Source: a virus
IMG/VR virus record: IMGVR_UViG_3300045806_000063
Location: 117,109 to 181,108 of that record
DNA: 64,000 nucleotides
Reading direction: 5' to 3' (one strand)
Below are positions 29,535 through 37,625 of this stretch, piece after piece (the stretch's first letter is position 1; every line of letters begins with the position of its first letter). The notes beneath the pieces are model-generated. The model was not told where the DNA came from, made no database searches, and saw only the letters and a program-made list of their open reading frames with translations. Both the position numbers and the translations under genes were made by a program.

Positions 29535-29831
29535 ATGAGTAATAAAACGTATCTTGCGACCCCTTATCCTCGTAGAGGCGCTATAGCCTACCGGTGGTCT
29601 GAGTACAGGCAGCGCAACGACGTTGCTGGAACGAGCACTCTGTTTATAACACTGGAGACTCCTAACCCACTTATACTACGTCCACACTACAGTCTAATAA
29701 ATGATGATGAGTGTCCTAACACTGGTAGAAGCAACGCAGCTTCCTCATGGGAGGAGACTAAACTAATGTTAGAGGAAAAGTTTCGAGATACCAAAAATAA
29801 GAAACTTAAGGCTAAACTTAGAGGATATTAA
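29535..29831 (+). CDS. Hypothetical basic protein
   Basis: ATG 29535 within ORF 29484-29831. Confidence 0.5.
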   Translation: MSNKTYLATPYPRRGAIAYRWSEYRQRNDVAGTSTLFITLETPNPLILRPHYSLINDDECPNTGRSNAASSWEETKLMLEEKFRDTKNKKLKAKLRGY

Positions 29832-29924
29832 TATCCTCATTTCAAAAAAGTTATAAAGATATATCATTTAAAGGACTTAGTAATTCAGCTAAGTCCTTTC
29901 TAATTAACCCTAAAAGGTGCTACA

Positions 29925-30509
29925 ATGAACACAAATAAAAAACCTACGACTGCTACCGATACCAATATGGTAAACATCTTCATCTGTACCAGATACGAGC
30001 TATTTATTAGAGTAGCTCTGAAGAATTTGGAGGAAGACTCACTGTCTGTTATTAAGCTACTCGTACCTAAAGCAGTAAGGGATGGTCTCCAGTTAGATTA
30101 TAAAGCGACTGACTGGAAATTACCTGAGCCTAATCCCGATACTGCACGAATCGAGGTCTGTGCCAGAATGGGTTTAACCTGGAAACAGTTAGACGGGTTA
30201 ACTCGTAAATACCACTGCAGCCCTAAGGACTACATGGAAGGGGTAAGTTTAACACAACGCCCGTCATTAACAAAGTATACCAAAATCATAGGACAGCAAA
30301 AAGCCTTAATAGAAGGGAGATTACAGAACAAAAAATTAATAAGCGATGAAGGCTTGGCAGTAATCGAATCCTTCCCTGCGTACCCGCCTGAGATGCAGAA
30401 AGGTAAGTTTAAAAGGGCTGCAGTAGAGATCTTCGGTATTGACTTTCCGGATTACAGTGTTAATCACCTGAAGGTAATCTACCGGGTCTTTGTAGGCAAC
30501 TACCGGTAA
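29925..30509 (+). CDS. Hypothetical protein, possibly DNA-binding
   Basis: 194 aa, basic, behind promoter-like aagatatatcattta at 29856. Confidence 0.55.
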   Translation: MNTNKKPTTATDTNMVNIFICTRYELFIRVALKNLEEDSLSVIKLLVPKAVRDGLQLDYKATDWKLPEPNPDTARIEVCARMGLTWKQLDGLTRKYHCSPKDYMEGVSLTQRPSLTKYTKIIGQQKALIEGRLQNKKLISDEGLAVIESFPAYPPEMQKGKFKRAAVEIFGIDFPDYSVNHLKVIYRVFVGNYR

Positions 30510-30562
30510 ATGGTTGCATAACACTATTCGACAAAATCAACTATAAACTAATTTGGTGTTTT

Positions 30563-30805
30563 ATGAAAAACAAAAGTAAAATCATTACCATACTGGAAGG
30601 AGTGATGTTCCTAGGTGCCATTAGCCTCATAGCAATGGCTCTTGGCATCACTTCAGGAGTGACTTCTGATACTGAAACATACTGGGACTGGTCTGGATTA
30701 GTCAGTGTCCATTGTGTTGATGATGTTAAGTGGTCTACTGTAAACGGTAGACCGACTCAGATAGTAAACTCAGAAGGACTTCCAATAACTTGCCATGTAA
30801 ACTGA
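30563..30805 (+). CDS. Small membrane-anchored protein with a Cys pair
   Basis: N-terminal hydrophobic helix; CVDDVKW...GLPITC. Confidence 0.55.
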   Translation: MKNKSKIITILEGVMFLGAISLIAMALGITSGVTSDTETYWDWSGLVSVHCVDDVKWSTVNGRPTQIVNSEGLPITCHVN

Positions 30806-30866
30806 TGGCGATTATAGGACTCGATGGAGCTAGTCTACAGTAGAGTACCGGAGTAAATACTATATA

Positions 30867-30902
30867 CATATCACCGTTTCCCATATGGGAAACGGTGATA
30901 TG
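30867..30902. terminator. 36-bp perfect palindrome, bidirectional terminator
   Basis: Between convergent genes. Confidence 0.75.
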
Positions 30903-30906
30903 GTAC

Positions 30907-31968
30907 TTAAGTACTAAATTTTTCTTTTATTTCATTATACTTAGCTAAACATGTAGTTCTCATGTTGTCATCCATCTGTCCAAGATAATGGTTGTTCTTA
31001 ATTAACCTATCCACTCTATGAAGAATTGTTAGGATATTAGTGCTATTACCAAAATCTTTATCAAACAAATAGGTTATGGGGTATGCCCAATTCACAAATG
31101 TATAAAATGTAACCCAATAACTATAGCTGTCTAAAGATGCTATACTCATCGGTAAAGCCGATAAATAATCAGAGCTATAGATCATAGGGATTTCTGCTAA
31201 TCCCTTAAGGTAAGGCTTATTACTGCCTTTAATGGCACTTAGGATACGAACTACGGATAAGTCTATTGTTGTTTCGTATCCCTGTATAAAACCACGCTCA
31301 TATCTCTCTTTAGGGACTGGTTCTCCTCTAGATAAGTACGGTAATCTATTCCTTATAGCAATGTCATAATATTCGACTACCATTAATGGTAATACGTACT
31401 TTGAAATAAACTCAGATAAGTTCTCCCTAGCTCCTTCAGTCTTTTTATTATTTTGAATTAACCATCCTTTTAACTTATAAGCGAATAAAGGAAGATCTAT
31501 CCCGATTACTGTAGTGGTATTAGGAATAACAGAAGCCCTATCAACTGGAGGTATAAAGATCTCTAAAGTCGTATAGGGGTGATCTAATACTCGAATAGCT
31601 CTCACCTCTTCCCATGGAGTAGTAATGAATTGATCTGGGAAGGTAGTGGCTATAATAGCATTAGTCTCAGAATAAATCACATTACGATGTAATGCTCCAA
31701 ACCCTGTAATATTTGTAATGTGTAATGGATTACATATCCTAGCTACTGAGTCATCTACCATAGAGTATACGTCTGAATGATGCAGATAGGGTGATAGCGC
31801 GTAACATAGTTTCTTGAATAAGTGGTCACTGGAAACTACTGTACCAGCTACCTGCTGTAGAGATGTTTGATAAGACACTCTAGCATTAATTAGATCTCTG
31901 ATTCTACCAAGTAACATACTGTTGAGTGTTCCATAGTTTGCTACAGGTCTTATGAATAACCTATACAT
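30907..31968 (-). CDS. Conserved phiKZ-like protein (gp52-like position)
   Basis: 353 aa; between DNA polymerase and chmA as in phiKZ. Confidence 0.55.
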   Translation of the reverse strand: MYRLFIRPVANYGTLNSMLLGRIRDLINARVSYQTSLQQVAGTVVSSDHLFKKLCYALSPYLHHSDVYSMVDDSVARICNPLHITNITGFGALHRNVIYSETNAIIATTFPDQFITTPWEEVRAIRVLDHPYTTLEIFIPPVDRASVIPNTTTVIGIDLPLFAYKLKGWLIQNNKKTEGARENLSEFISKYVLPLMVVEYYDIAIRNRLPYLSRGEPVPKERYERGFIQGYETTIDLSVVRILSAIKGSNKPYLKGLAEIPMIYSSDYLSALPMSIASLDSYSYWVTFYTFVNWAYPITYLFDKDFGNSTNILTILHRVDRLIKNNHYLGQMDDNMRTTCLAKYNEIKEKFST

Positions 31969-32248
31969 GTTCTATTCTCCTAAGAAGTCATAGGATGGAA
32001 GATAAGATGATTTTGTTAGTGATATTATTATAGTAGTTAGAAATTAAATATTAAATTAATTTCCGTATATATAAATATGGGAGAGGGGGGATACCCCCCC
32101 GACCACGACCAGAGAAAAGAATTAAAAGATTTAATAATATTATTAAATAGGGAAAATACAATCAGAGGTATAATCCACCTAGGTGGATTATACTCCTTTA
32201 GCATGTGCATAGCCACATGCATGGAGATGGTGTGTAACCTCCGCTTAA

Positions 32249-32311
32249 AGCTTACAACATAGTGACTAGGATGACTGCTAGGCAACAACCTAGCAGCAGT
32301 GTAACTTATAA
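32249..32311 (+). repeat. 63-bp direct repeat, left copy
   Basis: agcttacaacatagtgactaggatgactgctagg-caacaa-cctagcagcagtgtaacttataa; partner at 33078-33140. Confidence 0.92.
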
Positions 32312-32421
32312 TGGTATATTCAAATAATTTTCATTTATATATCATCTAGATGAGATTACTAAATAGTGATTCTTAAGTAGTCATTCTTTTAATAGCAAAT
32401 TATATCGGAGATAAGATTATG
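32310..32421 (+). repeat. Leader family A copy 3
   Basis: aatggtatattcaaa...tatatcatctagatgagattactaaatagtgattcttaagtag...ggagataagattatg. Confidence 0.9.
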
Positions 32422-32631
32422 GCATTACACACTGGTGAAGAAAAGGGCTACAAACCAAGAACTCCAAATTTCCGGATCGTCTACAAGTTCCCCATCCCTG
32501 GGGGACAGTGGTACGACAACTGGCCCGAGGAGGTCATTGCCTCCTCAGCTGAGGAGGCAATGCTCCAGGCCTCAAGGGAGGTGCTCAGGGTGGAGGCGAT
32601 TCCAGCGGCACAAAACAGGAATCGCGCTTAA
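32419..32631 (+). CDS. Small hypothetical protein, GC-rich, first gene of the repeat-bounded cassette
   Basis: 70 aa behind leader A. Confidence 0.65.
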   Translation: MALHTGEEKGYKPRTPNFRIVYKFPIPGGQWYDNWPEEVIASSAEEAMLQASREVLRVEAIPAAQNRNRA

Positions 32632-32705
32632 ATCAAACCCTAGAAGGTTAGCAACCGACTTTCGTCAATTTTAAAGCCGGGAAATCCCGGCAAGGATTTA
32701 ACATC

Positions 32706-33110
32706 ATGACCGAAGCTCAGGATGAGATATTCAACCTGACGCAACACGCGGCAACGGCTGACCAAGCCGAAGCTGGTGTTGTTGAACCAGTATACAAAGC
32801 AGGAATTCAGTCCTGCTTAACGTTCGTAGGCATACCAACTGCCTATGATATTAAAACTAGGGCTAGCAGCTTAGCAGCTAGCGCACGACAATCTGGCTGT
32901 AAAAAAGCCATGATTGGCGGCGCGCCTTATCTGATGAGCGCGCTGGAAGCTGCGCTCATCAAGGTAGGTGTTACCCCTGTCTACGCTTACTCAGATAGAG
33001 TAAGCGTAGAAACAAGAAACACTGACGGAACAGTCAGCAAGTCAACGGTGTTCAAGCACCTTGGTTTTGTTGAGGTCAGCTTACAACATAGTGGCTGGGA
33101 TGACTGCTAG
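32706..33110 (+). CDS. Csx20-like protein, putative cyclic-oligoadenylate ring nuclease / anti-type-III CRISPR
   Basis: NLTQHAATADQ ~ Csx20 (F)SH.LT.EQ; GVTPVYAYSDRVSVETRNTDGTVSKSTVFKHLGF ~ recalled Csx20 G.IPVY.TTKR.SVE..QEDG.V.K.S.FKHVRF. Confidence 0.6.
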   Translation: MTEAQDEIFNLTQHAATADQAEAGVVEPVYKAGIQSCLTFVGIPTAYDIKTRASSLAASARQSGCKKAMIGGAPYLMSALEAALIKVGVTPVYAYSDRVSVETRNTDGTVSKSTVFKHLGFVEVSLQHSGWDDC

Positions 33111-33140
33111 GTTGTTGCCTAGCAGCAGTATAACTTATAA
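33078..33140 (+). repeat. 63-bp direct repeat, right copy (hairpin loop inverted)
   Basis: Three transitions versus the left copy, and loop ttgttg = reverse complement of caacaa. Confidence 0.92.
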
Positions 33141-33143
33141 GGG

Positions 33144-33270
33144 GATTAAATACTACTGTAGTATGTTAGACTGTTGAGTAATTACTCCTTCCTCGATATC
33201 GAGGAAGGAGTAATGATGTATTCTTTATTTTTTTTTCTTTTAAATCGAAAACATATATTATCTGAGTGAT
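33144..33270 (+). repeat. 127-bp terminator-promoter module identical to 63874-64000
   Basis: Contains palindrome 33181-33214, T-tract and aaacatatattatctgagtgat. Confidence 0.95.
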
Positions 33271-33294
33271 AGTCCGTAGTTAATTAATTTAGGA

Positions 33295-33537
33295 GTGGTA
33301 GTTATGGCAAGTATGATGGTTAGGCATCTGGTGGTATCTCGTAAGTACATGCATGGTTACAAGGAAGGAGATCGGGTAATTGTTAGGTTGGATAGCGGAC
33401 TGACATTTCATGCGGTTGTTAAGTTATATTCAGTACGCAGGCTAGTAGTACAGGATGTAAGGTATGTTAATGAACTAAGTTGGAGAGGACAGTTTCTGGT
33501 GTCTCCAAAACATATTTTAAATTTAGTAGGGGGATGA
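33295..33537 (+). CDS. Small beta-rich (SH3/KOW-like) hypothetical protein
   Basis: YKEGDRVIVR...AVVK pattern; AGGAG RBS; real start probably 33304. Confidence 0.55.
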   Translation: MVVMASMMVRHLVVSRKYMHGYKEGDRVIVRLDSGLTFHAVVKLYSVRRLVVQDVRYVNELSWRGQFLVSPKHILNLVGG

Positions 33538-33621
33538 AATTATGGGAACACAATTTGAACTGACCGAAGAGCAGGATCTGTTACATTGAGTTACAATTTT
33601 ATTAAATTTAGAGGATAGAGA

Positions 33622-35397
33622 ATGGAACGTATAAGAAAATTAGAAGAACTTTTAAGCTGTAGGTATTCAGTTACACCACCTGCTCTCACTCATCTGATTA
33701 AGAATGGTTGGGAGGGGGAGCATACAGTGACCATTGTACCTGATAGAATACATCGTATTATGTCCGATGAGAGCTGGGGGATATTCCTAGACGGGTTCAA
33801 GAGGATGGTATTAGGTACTCCTTATAGGGATATTCTGGAGTTCATAGAGGAACTGGTCGTCCGTAACAATGGAGACGTACGACGGTACACTGGGTATTTA
33901 CAGGATGCGAGAATTCCTTTTAGTGTTCGGCGTGGTTATATGGGCGAGAATTATGGGGCTAAGAAGATAGAGGGTGGCGGGCGTATGCGTGTTCCTGCTC
34001 CTAAACCTGGGACGATAGAGTTCATTATTGATACTGATGCAGTTGAGAATCGGCATGAGGTGTGGACTGATTTGTGCAGTGAACGACTAGTGTCACAGTC
34101 CTGTGAGGGAGCTGCTTGTGCTCTGGCTGATAGATTCATGCTTCCTGGTATTGACTTTACTACTATGGTCAAGTGTGAGAAGGAGAAAGGTGAGTCTACA
34201 GCACTTGAAAGTTGTATTGGGGAGTACTCAGTTACGATCCCTCCTAAGGGTAAGAACAGAATGTCTTTAGGGGGGTATCCAGTGGATATGCCGCCGCCGT
34301 TTCCGACACCTGTAGGGGTTAGGAAGCATTCTCAGATGGATAACGATAGCTGGGAAGTATATTCCAATGCATTTTCGCAAATGGTATTAGGGGTAGACCA
34401 ACCCGGCATATTAGGGCGGGAGTTTAGTAGTGTTATGGAGTTCTTGAGGGGGTTTCCGAAACTTAATGGCAAAGATGGTATAGTGGTCCAATTGAGCGGA
34501 TACTCTTTACGGGAGGCTTCCATACCTTTTAAAATTATACGTGGATCAGCTGGAGTAGATTATAATGTTAATGTACTTAGGGAGGGGCAAGATGGCGCTG
34601 TTCCAGCACCTAGGGATGGTACTTTGGAGATTATTATAGATTCCAGTGCTAACAGATGCATTCAACAGAGATGGGAGGAACAGGCATGTGAACGCATGAT
34701 CGCAAGGTCTGCCTCTGAGGCTGCGGCTGCGTTAATGGAGGTTTTTATGCTTCCGGATATAGAGTTTCGCTATGAAACTCCAGTAATACCAGTTATTCCA
34801 ATGGGCTCGGTAGGGCCAGTAATAGATGAAAAAATAAATGATGGAGAACTAGAAATGGATACTAACTTAGCGGTTGTAGATCCGATATACCCAGATGCGG
34901 ATGCTGATGGGGAATGCTTTCGTCCAGGATTAGAACCAGGGGAATTTGAGGTAGAGGAGGAGTTAAAGAACCAGCTGGCGGAAGAATGTGACACTGAAGA
35001 CTCTCCTACTACTGAGAGAGGCGGAAGTAGTATCGAGGCTACGATAATAGTACAAGGAGAAAAGATGATACTAATCTTGTATACAGGTTTGGACCCTAAT
35101 GGCAGGTACCCGTTTGCGACTCTAGGCGTCCATGCTATCCATCCTGGTGAGAATACCCTGCCTCTTGTGTCTGTGGGTCAGGCCATTGAATGCGATGATG
35201 ACGAAACTTGGGCTCTTGGCTGTGTGATCAACCAAGATATCTTTTATTCAACCGTAGCTACTATGACGGATTTTGGAGTATTGACAGGTATTGGGGTTAT
35301 GTCAGTAGAGTTTACTGATGCACTGAACAGAGCACTGAATGTAATGGTGAGTATTGCGGATGTTAAATATTCTCGTATTCCGAGTAACAATCATTAG
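33622..35397 (+). CDS. Large accessory protein with two tandem ~150-aa repeats, acidic linker and C-terminal domain
   Basis: SW..(F/Y)...F..MVLG...GY...A.IPF...VPAP..GT.E.IID...C...FMLP.I.F occurs twice. Confidence 0.75.
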   Translation: MERIRKLEELLSCRYSVTPPALTHLIKNGWEGEHTVTIVPDRIHRIMSDESWGIFLDGFKRMVLGTPYRDILEFIEELVVRNNGDVRRYTGYLQDARIPFSVRRGYMGENYGAKKIEGGGRMRVPAPKPGTIEFIIDTDAVENRHEVWTDLCSERLVSQSCEGAACALADRFMLPGIDFTTMVKCEKEKGESTALESCIGEYSVTIPPKGKNRMSLGGYPVDMPPPFPTPVGVRKHSQMDNDSWEVYSNAFSQMVLGVDQPGILGREFSSVMEFLRGFPKLNGKDGIVVQLSGYSLREASIPFKIIRGSAGVDYNVNVLREGQDGAVPAPRDGTLEIIIDSSANRCIQQRWEEQACERMIARSASEAAAALMEVFMLPDIEFRYETPVIPVIPMGSVGPVIDEKINDGELEMDTNLAVVDPIYPDADADGECFRPGLEPGEFEVEEELKNQLAEECDTEDSPTTERGGSSIEATIIVQGEKMILILYTGLDPNGRYPFATLGVHAIHPGENTLPLVSVGQAIECDDDETWALGCVINQDIFYSTVATMTDFGVLTGIGVMSVEFTDALNRALNVMVSIADVKYSRIPSNNH

Positions 35398-35512
35398 GTA
35401 ATATGTCAGATACCGTATTCGTACCAGATGTAGTGTTAGATCCAGTAATGCAATGATTTAATAAATCATTGTCATCAAGTATAGGATGTACCTGGATTCA
35501 AATTTCACTAAG

Positions 35513-35526
35513 AAATATATTATCTT
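35513..35526 (+). promoter_or_regulatory. Early-type promoter of chmA
   Basis: aaatatattatctt, ~125 nt upstream of the start. Confidence 0.7.
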
Positions 35527-35648
35527 AGTGATGGCAAATATAATGGAGTAATAAAAAATAAACAGATAAGTTAATACTATGTCAAAAATACCACTCAATC
35601 GTAACTGATTGAGTACCATCCCGTTGTAAAAAATATATAGAGGTAAGT

Positions 35649-37556
35649 ATGTCAGAAGTAAGACAAGAAACATTAGGAACAAACCGTACCAGCGGTGATC
35701 AAGTAAAGCAAGAAAGACCAGAAAGAGGTCCTTCTCGTAGACCAATTGAAGATGCCCAAGGTGAGCGTAAACCACGCCCATCTTCCAAGCTGTTTAATCA
35801 CTCCATGGCGGGTAGCAGAAGCACTGCTGATCTGGAAGAGATAGTAAAAACGTTTGAGGCTATCTGCAAACAATATGCAGAAGTTGAGAACATCGTCATT
35901 GAAGTAAAACCAATCAGCCACAATCTGGCAATTCCAGCAATCCTGTTGATCTATCGGGAAGGCTCAAATAAGGTACGATATACCGCACTCTTACCATCTG
36001 GTATGCTGCAGGGCACTATTGCTGACAAAGAAGAAAATGAAAGAGGACAAAAATTTTACACTCCTCGATTTGCAGCAGATCTTTGGCCTGGCCTTATGGA
36101 GGATACAGCGGAAGATCTAATCAACCGTACGTACTTCAATGGTAATGCCCAGAAAGGCTGGATACGACTCTGTAGTGTTATCGTACTGCCAGAGCATTCC
36201 GATTATCGTCAGTTAAATACTGCGATTATCGCATTTGATCATGGAGTTACTGCACTGTTGGCAATTTCTCGTTTGGAGAAAGGTGAGTCTACAGCCTCAT
36301 ACTGCTATCAGGATTTTGAAGATCGGGGCATGAAATTGTCAGGGATTGCTGAAGTCAATCCGACTGGTACAATTCTCAGTACCTTAGGTGAGCCACTGGC
36401 AGTGGATTTCAAATTATCAGTGTTAGCAAAAACTGTAAACAATGGTTCAGAGAATCTGCATGATACTGGCACTAGCATTGCGATAACGACAGTTTATGGG
36501 GCTATCGACTTCCAGCTTCTGCCGGAAGAAGAAGAAGTCAAAACCATTAATCGGGATAAGTTTTACCCAGTGGTAATTCCTAAACTGATCATTAAGCAAT
36601 CAAGTTCGGTTAATCCGAACAACCCAGAAAACACAGATTGCTTGATGTCTCAAATCCTGGGGCTGTTAATGGTCCGTCTCTACTCTGAGAAGCCTGAGAG
36701 ATGGGGCCAGATGTTTGAACCCGATAATGCTTCTCAGAACAACAATATTGGCGCCTTGGGTCTGGTCGGCAATCCGTACGCTGATACTACACTGGAGTTA
36801 GGAGTTCACAATGTTGTGAGTAAAGTCACACATGGCCGAAATGCTGGTGGAAAACTGGTAGCTGATCTACTGAATGAGTATTGTTCAGTAGCTCCAATGA
36901 TTATATTGGAAATTCCAGAAGGTGGTCCTCTTGAGGCCCTCCAGAATTATCTGGTGGAAGAGACTAGTGCAAACTATTCGATTATTGCTAACGAACTGTC
37001 AAGTTTCGTTGGGGTTCCAGATAGCTTTGCTGAAGCCTGGGAAAGTGAAGGTGGACCAGCAAGAATTCCGATCTTGGAATTAGAATCGCCACTGAACTTA
37101 CCATTGATTCGCTACACCGGCCATGCGGAAGCAGGTGGTATTCTCCATGATCCAAATGAAATCGATCTGTTACATCTGTTAAACGTAGGTGTATCGATGG
37201 ATGTTATTCAAGATTATGACCAGTTGCATTCACCGGGTGCAAACCATCCAGCTGAACTTAATCAAAGGTATAGTAACATTAAGCGTGTTCTTGATAATGC
37301 TAAAATCACTGGAACCTCAGTGCAATATTGCATTAATATGGACTGGTTAAACCTGGTAGATGATTTCCTCGGGAGCTATGGCATAACCATTGATTTGGAT
37401 GAAGGTCTGACCTTTGGTAATAATGCTTTCGGTCTGTCACGTGGTGGTAGTAGCAAACATGCGGAAGGTTCTGCTATGTTCCGCCGCAGTGGTCTGTCAC
37501 GGACTCGTACTTCCCGTCCTATTGGTGGTCTGAATTCAAGCAGACGTTCATCTTAA
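35649..37556 (+). CDS. chmA: Chimallin, major nuclear shell protein (phiKZ gp54 / 201phi2-1 gp105-like)
   Basis: 635 aa, disordered termini, high-expression codon bias, early promoter, directly upstream of the nvRNAP beta' N-terminal subunit. Confidence 0.8.
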   Translation: MSEVRQETLGTNRTSGDQVKQERPERGPSRRPIEDAQGERKPRPSSKLFNHSMAGSRSTADLEEIVKTFEAICKQYAEVENIVIEVKPISHNLAIPAILLIYREGSNKVRYTALLPSGMLQGTIADKEENERGQKFYTPRFAADLWPGLMEDTAEDLINRTYFNGNAQKGWIRLCSVIVLPEHSDYRQLNTAIIAFDHGVTALLAISRLEKGESTASYCYQDFEDRGMKLSGIAEVNPTGTILSTLGEPLAVDFKLSVLAKTVNNGSENLHDTGTSIAITTVYGAIDFQLLPEEEEVKTINRDKFYPVVIPKLIIKQSSSVNPNNPENTDCLMSQILGLLMVRLYSEKPERWGQMFEPDNASQNNNIGALGLVGNPYADTTLELGVHNVVSKVTHGRNAGGKLVADLLNEYCSVAPMIILEIPEGGPLEALQNYLVEETSANYSIIANELSSFVGVPDSFAEAWESEGGPARIPILELESPLNLPLIRYTGHAEAGGILHDPNEIDLLHLLNVGVSMDVIQDYDQLHSPGANHPAELNQRYSNIKRVLDNAKITGTSVQYCINMDWLNLVDDFLGSYGITIDLDEGLTFGNNAFGLSRGGSSKHAEGSAMFRRSGLSRTRTSRPIGGLNSSRRSS

Positions 37557-37565
37557 CGTAACACT

Positions 37566-37595
37566 AGGGTATAGAGCACGATGTGCTCTATACCC
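37566..37595. terminator. Intrinsic terminator after chmA
   Basis: gggtatagagcac-gat-gtgctctataccc followed by a T-tract. Confidence 0.75.
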
Positions 37596-37625
37596 GTACT
37601 TTTTTTATTATTAAGAAAGGAAAGT

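Noticed and set aside
30563-30805. Assignment as Cor-type superinfection exclusion lipoprotein
   Set aside because: No clear lipobox and similarity is only a vague Cys spacing; kept as a small membrane protein
32037-32288. ORFs 32037-32288 (-) and 32077-32262 (+)
   Set aside because: They run through a hairpin cluster, lack an RBS and have no convincing protein composition
32249-33140. IS element or integrase-driven mobile element
   Set aside because: No transposase or recombinase gene and no terminal inverted repeats; a 63-bp repeat is too long for a typical target-site duplication
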